64,000 nucleotides of DNA, from NCBI GenBank assembly GCA_035688025.1, contig DASSNM010000078.1, positions 915 through 64,914 of the forward strand, in the 5' to 3' direction. The position numbers and the translations under genes are program-made. Positions 50,224 through 59,686 of this stretch are shown piece after piece. The notes under the pieces were generated by a model, which was not told where the DNA came from, ran no database searches, and worked only from the letters and a program-made list of their open reading frames with translations. This DNA is from Gaiellaceae bacterium (lineage in GTDB: Bacteria > Actinomycetota > Thermoleophilia > Gaiellales > Gaiellaceae). Within the stretch, counting starts at the first letter, position 1. Every line of letters starts with the position of its first letter.

Positions 50224-51305
50224 GGCTGCTCGTCGCGGGCGCCTCGGCGGAGGAGATCTGCGGGACGCGGGACGCCGCGACCGTGCTCGCCGGGCCGCTC
50301 GGGGCGGCCGGCGCCGAGGTCGAGACGGTGTGGTGGGAGCGCGGCGCACAGCCGTTCCCGGCCTGGACGCGCGACCTGACCGCTCGCGCCCGCGGCGCCG
50401 ACGCCGTCCTCTGGCACTACTCGCCCTTCACCTACGCCACGCGCGGGGTGCCGACGCTCGTGCCGGCCGTCGTCAGGGCGATCCGCCGCGGCGGCGCGCC
50501 GCTCGTCGTCCTCCTCCACGAGCTCGTCTTCCCCTGGCGTCCCGAGCCGCGCGCGCTCGTGTGGGCGGCGACGCAGCGGGCCGCGCTCCTGCCCGTGCTC
50601 CGCGCCGCCGCGGGCGCGGTCGTCACCACGAACGACCGCCGCGACTGGCTCGCCTCGCATCGCCTGCTGCCGCGGCGGCCGCTCCTCTTCCTCCCCGTCC
50701 CGTCGAACCTGCCGGCAGCCGCCGCGCCGGACCGGGACGGCGGCGGGCTGCGGATCGGCGTCTTCGGCTTCCGCCGCGACGAGCTGCCGGTGGAGGTCGT
50801 CGTCGACGCCGTCGCGCGCGTGCGCGAGCGCGACGCCTCCGCGCGGCTCGTGCTCGCGGGCGCGCCCGGCCCCGACCGCCCCGAGGCGGACGCCTGGCGC
50901 GGCGCGGCCGGCCGCGCGGGGATCGCGGACGCGCTCTCGTTCACCGGCGTCCTGCCCGCGGACGAGCTCGCCGCCGCGATCGCCGGCCTCGACGTCGTCG
51001 TCTTCCCCGACCCGATGGGCCCGACCTCGCGCCGCGGCACGCTCGCAGCCGCCCTGGCGCAGGGACGCCCCGTCGTCGCCTTCCAGGGCCCGCTGACCTG
51101 GGAGCGCTACGCGGCCGAGGGCGCGCTCGACCTCGTCGCGCCGAGCAGCGAGGCGCTCGCCGCCCGGCTGGTCGAGCTCGCGGCCGACCCCGACCTGCGC
51201 GCCCGCCGCGGCGCCGCCGCCCGCGCCTTCCACGAGCGCTGGCTCGACCTGCCGCTCGTCGCCGAGCGCCTGCTCTCGTTCGTCCGGGAGGCGACCCGTG
51301 CCTGA
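50220..51305 (+). CDS. divergent GT-B/GT4-like glycosyltransferase
   Basis: GTG at 50220 (GTGA overlap), 361 aa. Its size and C-terminal layout are GT4-like (LVLAGAPGP..., VVVFPDP...GTLAAALAQGRPVVAF), but the E-x7-E motif is degenerate. Confidence 0.55.
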   Translation: MRLLVAGASAEEICGTRDAATVLAGPLGAAGAEVETVWWERGAQPFPAWTRDLTARARGADAVLWHYSPFTYATRGVPTLVPAVVRAIRRGGAPLVVLLHELVFPWRPEPRALVWAATQRAALLPVLRAAAGAVVTTNDRRDWLASHRLLPRRPLLFLPVPSNLPAAAAPDRDGGGLRIGVFGFRRDELPVEVVVDAVARVRERDASARLVLAGAPGPDRPEADAWRGAAGRAGIADALSFTGVLPADELAAAIAGLDVVVFPDPMGPTSRRGTLAAALAQGRPVVAFQGPLTWERYAAEGALDLVAPSSEALAARLVELAADPDLRARRGAAARAFHERWLDLPLVAERLLSFVREATRA

Positions 51306-52380
51306 GCGCGGCCGCCTCACCGTCGTCAGCCACGCCTGCGTGCTCGCGGTCAACCAGCTCGTGTACGCGCGCCTGCTGGAGCTCGGCTGGGACGTGACCC
51401 TCGTCGTCCCCGCGAGCTGGCGGCACGAGTACGCGGCCGCCGCCTTCCCCGCCGAGCGCCTGCCCGAGCTCGCCGACCGGATCGAGCCGCGCCGGGTGGC
51501 GCTCGCCGGCCGGCCGCAGAGACACCTCTATATAGGAGCGCCCGTCCGCGTCCTCCGCCGCACCCGGCCGGACGTGCTCTTCCTCGACGAGGAGCCGTTC
51601 TCGGTTCCGGCCCTCCAGTGGGCGCGCGCGGCCCGCCGGCTCGGCGTCCCGTTCGGCTGCGCCGCCTTCGAGAACCTCGACCGGCCGTTCCCGCTGCCGG
51701 CCCGGCTGATCCGCTCCCGGGTGCTGCCGCGCGCCCGCTTCCTCGCCGCCCGCTCGCCGGCCGCCGCCGACCTGCTCCGCCGCTGGGGGGCGCGCAGCCT
51801 CGTCGGCGTCGCCCCGCCCGCGGTTCCCGAATGGCCGCTGCCCGAGCCGCGCCGGAACGGAGGCTTCACGGTCGGCTACGCCGGCCGGCTCGTCCCGGAG
51901 AAGGGCGTGCTCGAGCTCGCCCGCGCGACGCAGCGGCTCGAGGGCGCCCGGCTCCTGCTCGTCGGCGAGGGGCCGCTCCGCGCCGAGGCAGAGGCGCTCG
52001 GCGCCGAGGTCCGCACGACCCGTCACGAGGCGATGGCGGCGGCCTACGCCGAGATGGACGTGCTCGCCCTGCCCTCCCGCACCACCGCGACGTGGGCCGA
52101 GCAGTTCGGCCGCGTCCTCGTGGAGGCCCTCTGGTGCGGCGTGCCCGTGGTCGGCTCCGACTCGGGCGAGATCCCGTGGGTGATCGAGACGACGGGCGGC
52201 GGTCTCGTCGTCCCGGAGGGCGACGAGGACGCGCTCGCCGCGGCGCTGCGCGAGCTCCGCGACGACCCGCGCCGCCGCGCCGAGCTGGCCGAGCGCGGCC
52301 GCCGCGAGGTCGCTGCGCGCTTCTCCGTCGAGGCGGCCGCCGGCGCGCTCGACCGGCTGCTGCTGGAGGCGCGGACGTGA
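51298..52380 (+). CDS. GT4-family glycosyltransferase
   Basis: Track ORF of 360 aa with a GTG start. It has YAGRLVPEKG and the E-x7-E motif EQFGRVLVEA. Confidence 0.85.
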   Translation: MPERGRLTVVSHACVLAVNQLVYARLLELGWDVTLVVPASWRHEYAAAAFPAERLPELADRIEPRRVALAGRPQRHLYIGAPVRVLRRTRPDVLFLDEEPFSVPALQWARAARRLGVPFGCAAFENLDRPFPLPARLIRSRVLPRARFLAARSPAAADLLRRWGARSLVGVAPPAVPEWPLPEPRRNGGFTVGYAGRLVPEKGVLELARATQRLEGARLLLVGEGPLRAEAEALGAEVRTTRHEAMAAAYAEMDVLALPSRTTATWAEQFGRVLVEALWCGVPVVGSDSGEIPWVIETTGGGLVVPEGDEDALAAALRELRDDPRRRAELAERGRREVAARFSVEAAAGALDRLLLEART

Positions 52381-53510
52381 GCGGCAAGCCGGAAGTCGCG
52401 GTCGTCGCGCACGGCGTCCACGAGGGCGGCGGCATGGAACGCGCGCTCTACGAGCTGATCGCGCGCGGCGCCCCGAGGTTCCGGTTCGTCGTCCTCGCGG
52501 CCGAGCTGGACGAGCGCCTGCTTCCGCTCGTCGAGTGGCGGCGGATCCGGACGCCGATGCGGCCGATTCCGCTGAAGATCCTCGTCTTCGCCGCCGCCGC
52601 CGGGCTAGCGCTGCGCCGCCGCCGGCCCGCGCTCGTGCACACGCTCGGCGCAGTCGTCCCGAACCGGGCCGACCTCGCGAGCGTGCACTTCTGCGCCACC
52701 GGCCTCGCGGCGGCGACGGGCCGCAACGCTCCCCGCGACGGCTCGTTCCTCCGCCGCGCGAACACGGCGCTGACCCGGCTGCTCGCGCGGGCGGGCGAGC
52801 GTCGCTGCTACCGGCCCGGACGCGTGCGCGCGCTCGCTGCCGTCTCGCCCGGCGAAGCGGATGAACTGCGGCGACACTTTCCCGCAGTGGACGTGACCGT
52901 GACCCCGAACGGCATCGACACCGCGCGCTACCGGCCCGACCCGGCCGCGCGCGCCGCCGTGCGCGCCGAGCTCGGCGTGGCCGACGACGCCCCGGTCGTC
53001 CTCTTCGTCGGCGGCGACTGGCACCACAAGGGCGTCGCGCTCGTGCTCGAGGGGGCCGCCCGCGCCGGCGTGCCGCTGCGTGTCTGGGTGGTCGGACGCG
53101 GCGACGCGGCGCGCTTCGGCCGGCTCGCCCGCCGGCTCGGCGTCGACGCGACCTTCCTCGGCGTCCGCCCCGACGTGGAGCGCTTCTTCGCCGCTGCCGA
53201 TGTCTACTGCATGGCGAGCCTCTACGAGACCTTCTCGATCGCCGCGCACGAGGCGGCGGCGTCCGGACTGCCCGTCGTCTCGACCCGCGTCCACGGCGTC
53301 GCGGAGCTCGTCGGCGACGAGGAGGCGGGGATCCTGGTCGCGCGCGACGCGGAGTCGATCGGCGCGGCGCTCGCCCGTCTCGCTGCCGACCCCGACCTGC
53401 GGGCGCGGCTCGGCGCCGAGGGCCGGCGTCGCGCCGAGGCGTTCACCTGGGAGCGCTCCGCCGAGAGCGTGCTCGCCCTCTACGACCGGCTGCTCCGGAG
53501 CGCGGCATGA
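52377..53510 (+). CDS. GT4-family glycosyltransferase
   Basis: GTG at 52377 (GTGA overlap), 377 aa. It has FVGGDWHHKG and the E-x7-E motif ETFSIAAHEA. Confidence 0.85.
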   Translation: MSGKPEVAVVAHGVHEGGGMERALYELIARGAPRFRFVVLAAELDERLLPLVEWRRIRTPMRPIPLKILVFAAAAGLALRRRRPALVHTLGAVVPNRADLASVHFCATGLAAATGRNAPRDGSFLRRANTALTRLLARAGERRCYRPGRVRALAAVSPGEADELRRHFPAVDVTVTPNGIDTARYRPDPAARAAVRAELGVADDAPVVLFVGGDWHHKGVALVLEGAARAGVPLRVWVVGRGDAARFGRLARRLGVDATFLGVRPDVERFFAAADVYCMASLYETFSIAAHEAAASGLPVVSTRVHGVAELVGDEEAGILVARDAESIGAALARLAADPDLRARLGAEGRRRAEAFTWERSAESVLALYDRLLRSAA

Positions 53511-55276
53511 CCTCGTCGGTCCGCGCGCTCCGCCGCACGCTCCGCCCGAGCACGGCGACGAGCGGCCGCCTCGTCGCCGCCGCCTGGTTCGCCGGCACGC
53601 TCGCGATCGCCGCCTTCGCCGGCGAGAACGCGGCCAGCCCTACCTTCTCGCGCCTGATCGTCGCGGCGGCGTTCCTCGCGCTCGTCGTCGCCTTCGGGAT
53701 GCGGAACCCGCGGGGGCTGCTGCTCGCGCTGCCGGTCTGGCTCGTCGCGCTCGGCCTCGTCCGCCGCCTGCTCAGCGGCATCTCGACGGGCGGGTCGGCC
53801 GACCCCATGCTGCTCGTCGAGCCGGTCGCCCTGATCATCCTCGTCTTCGCGGCCGCCGACCGCGGCGCGTTCAAGGGCCGCTCGACGCTCTCGTCGCTCG
53901 TGCTCGCCTACACGGGACTGACCCTGCTCGGCGCGTTCAACCCCGAGCAGGGCAGCATGAAGGCGGGCGTCACCTCGCTGATCTTCTTCGTGCCGATGCT
54001 CGCCTTCTGGGTCGGGCGCGGCCTCGTCGACGACGGGACGCTCCGGAAGCTGCTGCTCGTGATCGGCGTCGCGGCGATCCCGGCTGCGCTCTACGGGCTC
54101 AACCAGACCTTCGGCAGCTTCCCGTCCTGGGACCAGCGCTGGATCGCCGCGCAGGGCTACTCCTCGCTGAACGTCGGCGGAGCGGTGCGCCCGTTCGGGA
54201 CGTTCTCGAGCTCGGCCGAGTACGCGACCTTCCTCGCGCTCGCGATGCTGATCTGGCTGCGCCTCGGGCCGCGCCGCTTCCTGCGGCCGATCGGCGTCGC
54301 GACGGCGGCGCTGCTCGTGGTCGCGGTCTTCTACCAGGGGTCGCGCGGCTCGGTCGTCGTCCTGCTGGCGGCGTTCGCGGTCATGCTCGCGGCACGGCGG
54401 CGGATGCCGCTGACGGCGGCGGCCGTGATCGGCGCCGCGCTGCTGGCGGCGATGCCGTACGTCGTCAAGCAGATCGCGCCGACGAGCAACGCCGACGCGA
54501 CCGGCTCGTCCGCGCTCGTCCAGCACCAGGTGCAGGGGCTCGCGAACCCGCTCGACCCGAACAGCTCGACGGCAGGCGCGCACTTCCACCAGATCTGGCT
54601 CGCGATGGGCGAGGCGCTGCGGAAGCCGGCCGGCCAGGGGATCGGGGCGGTGACGATCGCGGGAGCGAAGTTCGGCGCGATCCAGGCGTCCGCGGAGGCC
54701 GACCCCGGGAACGCGGCGGTGGCGCTCGGGCTGCCCGGCCTGGTGCTCTTCTTCGCGCTCTTCTTCGTCGCCTACCGCTCGACGTACTCGCTCGCCCGAG
54801 GCGGCGGAGCGCTCGCCGGCGTCGCGATGGGGATCCTCGTCGGGACGACGCTGCAGTGGCTGAACGGGGGCGAGTACTCGGTGGCGTTCCTGCCGTGGCT
54901 CGTGCTCGGCTGGGTCGACCGGCAGCTGCTCCTGCGAAAGGCCGAGCCGACCGCCGAGGCCGCGGCCCCTGCGCCGCTTCCGGAGACGCCGCGCCCGCCG
55001 ACGCTCCGCCGCCTGCCGCGCCCGCGGCCGCGCCCGCAGCCCGCCCCGGCCGCGGAGACGGCGGCCAAGCCGGCCGAGACCGCTCCCCGCCGTCCGCGCG
55101 GGCCGATGCCGCGCCGCTGGAACGTCTTCGAGCTGGAGGCGCTGCCGGAGCTCTCGCTCGAGCAGCACTACCTGCTCGTCGAGCTGCGCCGGCACGCGTC
55201 CCCGGAGGGGCTCCTGCCGCTCTCGTTCGACGGCTTCGTCCGCTCCTCGTTCGGGGTCGGAGGCGGAGCGAGCTGA
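53507..55276 (+). CDS. Wzy_C / O-antigen-ligase-family polytopic membrane protein with a Pro-rich linker and a C-terminal tail
   Basis: Track ORF of 589 aa with an ATGA overlap. It has about 10-12 TM helices. The family-typical region runs from YQGSRGSVVVLLAAF through a long loop to AHFHQIWLAMGEALRKPAGQGIG. A Pro/Arg-rich segment follows (nt 54938..55105), then a 56-aa tail (55106..55273). Confidence 0.8.
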   Translation: MTSSVRALRRTLRPSTATSGRLVAAAWFAGTLAIAAFAGENAASPTFSRLIVAAAFLALVVAFGMRNPRGLLLALPVWLVALGLVRRLLSGISTGGSADPMLLVEPVALIILVFAAADRGAFKGRSTLSSLVLAYTGLTLLGAFNPEQGSMKAGVTSLIFFVPMLAFWVGRGLVDDGTLRKLLLVIGVAAIPAALYGLNQTFGSFPSWDQRWIAAQGYSSLNVGGAVRPFGTFSSSAEYATFLALAMLIWLRLGPRRFLRPIGVATAALLVVAVFYQGSRGSVVVLLAAFAVMLAARRRMPLTAAAVIGAALLAAMPYVVKQIAPTSNADATGSSALVQHQVQGLANPLDPNSSTAGAHFHQIWLAMGEALRKPAGQGIGAVTIAGAKFGAIQASAEADPGNAAVALGLPGLVLFFALFFVAYRSTYSLARGGGALAGVAMGILVGTTLQWLNGGEYSVAFLPWLVLGWVDRQLLLRKAEPTAEAAAPAPLPETPRPPTLRRLPRPRPRPQPAPAAETAAKPAETAPRRPRGPMPRRWNVFELEALPELSLEQHYLLVELRRHASPEGLLPLSFDGFVRSSFGVGGGAS

Positions 55277-56376
55277 GAGCGCTCCTCGTGAGCGCGAGCA
55301 GCCGACCGGGCGGGGCGGAGCGCGCGCTGCTCGGGCTCGCGCGCTCGCTGCCGGCCGCGGGCGTGACGCCGGTCGCGGTCGTGCTCGAGGACGGCCCGCT
55401 CGCGGACTGGCTCGACGACGCGGGGGTGCCGCCGCTGCGGCTGCCCGCGCATCGCTTCCGCCGGCTCGACCGCTCGCTCGCGACCGTGCTCGCGCTCCGG
55501 CGGGCGGTCCGCGAGCACGGCGCCGACGTCGTCCTCTCGAACCAGTCGAAGACGCATGTCGCCGGCGGCGCCGCCGCGCTCCTCGCCGGGGTGCCGGCGG
55601 TCTGGTGGCAGCACGGCGTGCCGCAGCCGTCGCGGATCGAGCGCGCGGCCGCGGCCGTCCCCGCGGCGGCGATCGCGTGCGTGAGCGAGGACGGCGTCGC
55701 CGCGCAGCGCCGCCTGACCCCGCGGCGGCGGCTGGAGAGGATCCCGGGCGGCGTGCCGCTCGGCGAGGTGCGCGCGGCCGCCGGCCGCGGCGCCGCGATC
55801 CGCGAGCGGCTCGGCTGGAGCGACCGCGTCGTCGCCGGCGTCGTCGCGCGGCTGGAGCCGTGGAAGGGCCAGGAGCTGTTCCTGCGCGCGGCCGCCGAGC
55901 TCGCGCGCGAGGACGACCGGCTCCGCTTCGCCGTCGTCGGCGGCGCCGTCCTCGGCTGGGAGGGCGACTACCCGCAGCGGCTGGAGGCGCTCGCCGCCGA
56001 GCTCGGTCTCGGCGACCGCGTCCACTTCGCCGGCCACCAGGAGGACGCCTGGGCGTGGCTGGACGCGCTCGACGTCGTCGTCGCCCCGTCGCTCGGCGAG
56101 CCGTTCGGTCTGACGGTCGTCGAGGCGATGGCGCTCGGCAAGCCGGTCGTCGCCACCGACTCGGGCGGCCATCGCGAGACGGTCGAGGACGCCGTCTCCG
56201 GCCTGCTCGTCGCGCCCGAGCCGGACGCGCTCGCCGCGGCGATCCGCCGCGTCGTCGCCGAGCCGGAGCTGGCCGCCTCGCTCGCCGCCGGGGCGCGCGA
56301 GCGCGCGGAGCTGTTCGACGAGAGCCGGACCGGTCCGGCGTTCGCGGCGCTCTTCGCCGCCGCGCTGGAGTCATGA
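55273..56376 (+). CDS. GT4-family glycosyltransferase
   Basis: In the frame of track ORF 53080..56376. The N-terminus LRALLVSASSRPGGAERA looks like a canonical GT4 start. This favours the CTG at 55273 (CTGA overlap), but the GTG at 55288 is the conservative alternative. It has VVARLEPWKG and the E-x7-E motif EPFGLTVVEA. Confidence 0.8.
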   Translation: MRALLVSASSRPGGAERALLGLARSLPAAGVTPVAVVLEDGPLADWLDDAGVPPLRLPAHRFRRLDRSLATVLALRRAVREHGADVVLSNQSKTHVAGGAAALLAGVPAVWWQHGVPQPSRIERAAAAVPAAAIACVSEDGVAAQRRLTPRRRLERIPGGVPLGEVRAAAGRGAAIRERLGWSDRVVAGVVARLEPWKGQELFLRAAAELAREDDRLRFAVVGGAVLGWEGDYPQRLEALAAELGLGDRVHFAGHQEDAWAWLDALDVVVAPSLGEPFGLTVVEAMALGKPVVATDSGGHRETVEDAVSGLLVAPEPDALAAAIRRVVAEPELAASLAAGARERAELFDESRTGPAFAALFAAALES

Positions 56377-58586
56377 GCGCCGACCCGCTGATCGTCTCGA
56401 CCGGCTGGTTCCCGGACGACGCCGGCGGCCTGCCCCGCTACGTCCGCGGCCTCGCCGAGGCGCTCGCGGCCGCGGGCGCCGAGCCGCGCGTGCTCGCGGT
56501 CGGCCCGGCGACCGACGCGCCGCCGTGGGTGACCGCGGTCGCGCCGGCCGGCTCGACGCTGCCGCTTCGCCTGCTCGCCTTCCGCCGCGCGGCCGCCGGC
56601 TCGCGAGCGCTCCTCGACGCGCACTTCGCGCTCTACGCGCTGCCGGTCCTGCTCGGCCGGCGCGGCCCGCTCGTCGTCCACTTCCACGGCCCCTGGGCGG
56701 AGGAGGCGGACGCCGCCGGCGACGCGGCCTCGCTCGGCGCCGTGGTCCGCGCCGCCGTCGAGCGCGTCGTCTACCGGCGCGCCGACGCGGTCGTCACCCT
56801 GAGCGCCGCGTTCGCGGAGCTCGTCTGCGAGCGGTACGGCGTCGACCGCGCGCGCGTGCACACGATCCCGCCCGGCGTCGACCTCGAGCGCTTCTCGCCC
56901 GGCGACCGGGCCGCCGCCCGCGCCCGGCTCGGGCTGCCGCCGGACGCGTTCGTCGCCGTCGCCGCCCGCCGCCTCGTGCCGCGCATGGGCCTCGACGTCC
57001 TCCTCGACGCGTGGACGCGCCTGGAGCTCCCCGGCGCCGCGCTCCTCGTCGCGGGCGAGGGTCCGCAGCGGGAGGAGCTCGAGGGGCGGGCCGTCCCCGG
57101 CGTCCGCTTCGCGGGCAAGCTCTCCGACGACGACCTGGTCGCGGCCTACCGCGCGGCCGACGTCGTCGTCCTGCCGAGCCGCGGCCTCGAGGGCTTCGGC
57201 CTCGCCGCGCTCGAGGCGCTCGCCTGCGGCACGCCGGTCGTCGCGAGCGAGACCGGCGGCCTGCCCGAGGCGCTCGCCGGGCTCCCGGGCGGCTGCCTCG
57301 TCCCGCCCGGCGACGTCGCGGCGCTCGCGTCCCGGCTGGGCGACGCCGCCGCCGGCGCGCGCCCGCTGCCGGACGAGGCGACGTGCCGCGCCCACGCCGA
57401 GCGGTTCGCGTGGGCGGAGGCGGCCCGCCGCCACCTCGACCTCTACGCCGCCGTCCGCGCCCGCCGGCCGCGCGTCGTCTTCCTCGACCACACGGCCGTG
57501 CTCGCCGGCGGCGAGGTCGCGCTGCTGCGCACGCTGCCGGCCCTCGACGTCGACGCGCACGTGATCCTCGCGACCGACGGCCCGCTCGCCGACGCGCTCC
57601 GCGCGGCCGGGATCGCGGTCGAGGTGCTGCCGCTGCACGAGAGCGCCCGCGACCTCGGCCGCGAGCACGTCGGCGCGCTCGGCGCCGCGGGCGAGGCGCT
57701 CCGCTCGCTCGGCCACGCGCTGCGGCTGGCGCGCCGCCTGCGCGAGCTGCGCCCGGACGCGGTGCATGCGAACTCGCTCAAGGCGAACCTCTACGGCGGG
57801 CTCGCCGCCCGGCTCGCGCGCGTCCCCGTCGTCTGGCACGTCCGCGACCGCCTCAGCGAGGACTACCTCGAGCCGCGCGCGCTGCGGATCGTGCACGCGG
57901 CCGAGCGGCTGCTCGCCGACGCCGTGGTCGTGGACACCGAGACCGTCCGCGCGACGCTCGCCCGGCCCGCGCGCGCGGTCGTGATCCCGAGCCCGGTGCC
58001 GCCCGCCCCGCCGGCGAGCGGGCGCGAGCCCGGCCCGCTGCACGTCGGCATCGTCGGGCGGATCGCGCCGTGGAAGGGACAGGACGTCTTCCTCGACGCG
58101 TTCGCGCAGGCGTTCCCGGACGGCGAGGAGCGGGCGGTCGTCGTCGGGGCGCCGCTCTTCGGCGCCGACGAGGAGGCGTGGGCCGCGGGGCTGGAGGAGC
58201 GCGCGCGCGAGCTCGGGATCGGCGACCGGGTCGAGTTCCGGGGCTTCCGCGAGGACGTCGCCGCCGAGCTCGCCCGCCTCGACGTGCTCGTCCACGCGTC
58301 GGTCATCCCGGAGCCGTTCGGCCTCGTCGTCGTCGAGGGGATGGCGGCCGGCCTGCCCGTCGTGGCCGCGGACGCGGGCGGCCCGGCCGAGACGGTCGAG
58401 GACGGGGTCGCGGGGATCCTCTATCCGCCGGGCGACGCGGCCGCGCTCGCGGCCGCGCTTCGCGACCTGGCCGGCGACCCCGAGCGCCGCCGCGCGCTCG
58501 GCGAGGCCGGCCGCGAGCGCGCCGCGGCGTTCGCGCCCGAGCGGGTGGCGGCGCGCCTGCGCGAGGTGTACGAGGGCCTGCGATGA
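56373..58586 (+). CDS. fusion of two complete GT4 glycosyltransferase modules
   Basis: ATG at 56373 (ATGA overlap), 737 aa. Module 1 has AARRLVPRMG and EGFGLAALEA. Module 2 starts near nt 57465 (PRVVFLDHTAVLAGGE) and has IVGRIAPWKG and EPFGLVVVEG. Confidence 0.85.
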   Translation: MSADPLIVSTGWFPDDAGGLPRYVRGLAEALAAAGAEPRVLAVGPATDAPPWVTAVAPAGSTLPLRLLAFRRAAAGSRALLDAHFALYALPVLLGRRGPLVVHFHGPWAEEADAAGDAASLGAVVRAAVERVVYRRADAVVTLSAAFAELVCERYGVDRARVHTIPPGVDLERFSPGDRAAARARLGLPPDAFVAVAARRLVPRMGLDVLLDAWTRLELPGAALLVAGEGPQREELEGRAVPGVRFAGKLSDDDLVAAYRAADVVVLPSRGLEGFGLAALEALACGTPVVASETGGLPEALAGLPGGCLVPPGDVAALASRLGDAAAGARPLPDEATCRAHAERFAWAEAARRHLDLYAAVRARRPRVVFLDHTAVLAGGEVALLRTLPALDVDAHVILATDGPLADALRAAGIAVEVLPLHESARDLGREHVGALGAAGEALRSLGHALRLARRLRELRPDAVHANSLKANLYGGLAARLARVPVVWHVRDRLSEDYLEPRALRIVHAAERLLADAVVVDTETVRATLARPARAVVIPSPVPPAPPASGREPGPLHVGIVGRIAPWKGQDVFLDAFAQAFPDGEERAVVVGAPLFGADEEAWAAGLEERARELGIGDRVEFRGFREDVAAELARLDVLVHASVIPEPFGLVVVEGMAAGLPVVAADAGGPAETVEDGVAGILYPPGDAAALAAALRDLAGDPERRRALGEAGRERAAAFAPERVAARLREVYEGLR

Positions 58587-59686
58587 CCGTCGCCCTCGTC
58601 CACGACTACCTCACGCAGCGCGGCGGCGCGGAGCGCGTCGTGCTCGCGCTGCTCGACGCGTTCCCGGGCGCGCCGGTGCACACGTCCCTCTACGACCCCG
58701 ACGGGACGTTCGCCGAGTTCGCCGCCGCCGACGTCCGCCCGAGCCCTCTCGACCGGGTCGGCCTCCTGCGCCGCCACCACCGGCTGGCGCTGCCGCTGCT
58801 CGCGCGGACCTTCGAACGGCTCGTCGTCGACGCGGACGTCGCCGTCTGCAGCTCGAGCGGCTGGGCGCACGGCGCGCGCGTCACCGGCCGCAAGGTCGTC
58901 TACTGCCACACGCCGGCGCGCTGGCTCTACCAGACCGACCGCTATGCCGGCGAGACCGGCCGGGCGGCCCGGCTCGCCGTCGGCGTCCTCGGCCGCCGCC
59001 TGCGCGCGTGGGACCGCGCCACCGCGGCGAGCGCGGACGCCTATCTCGTCAACTCGACCGCCGTCCGCGACCGGGTCCGCGAGCTCTACGGGATCGCGGC
59101 CGAGGTCGTCCCGCCGCCGCCGGCGCTCGAGCCCGACGGCGAGCAGCGGCCGGTGCCCGGACTCGAGCCCGGCTTCGTCCTCTGCGTCTCCCGGCTGCTG
59201 CCGTACAAGAACGTCGGCGCGGTCGCGGCCGCCTTCGCCCGTCTCCCGGACGCGCGCCTCGTCGTCGCCGGAGGAGGTCCGGAGCTCGAGCGGCTGCGGC
59301 GGACGGCGCCCGAGAACACGACCGTGCTCGGGCGGGTCGGCGACGACGAGCTGCGCTGGCTCTACGCAAACGGCGCGGGAGTCGTCGCCGCCTCGTACGA
59401 GGACTTCGGCCTGACGCCGCTCGAGGGCGCGGCGTTCGGACGGCCGGCGGCGGTGCTCCGGTTCGGCGGCTTCCTCGACACCGTCCGCGACGGGGAGACC
59501 GGACTCTTCTTCGCCGAGCCGACGCCCGAGGCGATCGCCGAGGCCGTCGAGCGGCTGCTCGCGAGCCGCTGGGACGAGTCCCGGCTGCGCGCCCACGCGG
59601 GCCTGTTTGGTCGTGCTCGGTTCGTGGAAAGACTCCGCGAAGCAGCAGCGGGCGGAACATCACCTCTACCTCGAGTCGAGCCTTAA
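58583..59686 (+). CDS. GT4-family glycosyltransferase (last gene of the locus)
   Basis: ATG at 58583 (ATGA overlap), 367 aa. It has an MTVALVHDYLTQRGGAERV N-terminus and the motifs VSRLLPYKN and EDFGLTPLEG. It ends in a TAA stop. Confidence 0.85.
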   Translation: MTVALVHDYLTQRGGAERVVLALLDAFPGAPVHTSLYDPDGTFAEFAAADVRPSPLDRVGLLRRHHRLALPLLARTFERLVVDADVAVCSSSGWAHGARVTGRKVVYCHTPARWLYQTDRYAGETGRAARLAVGVLGRRLRAWDRATAASADAYLVNSTAVRDRVRELYGIAAEVVPPPPALEPDGEQRPVPGLEPGFVLCVSRLLPYKNVGAVAAAFARLPDARLVVAGGGPELERLRRTAPENTTVLGRVGDDELRWLYANGAGVVAASYEDFGLTPLEGAAFGRPAAVLRFGGFLDTVRDGETGLFFAEPTPEAIAEAVERLLASRWDESRLRAHAGLFGRARFVERLREAAAGGTSPLPRVEP

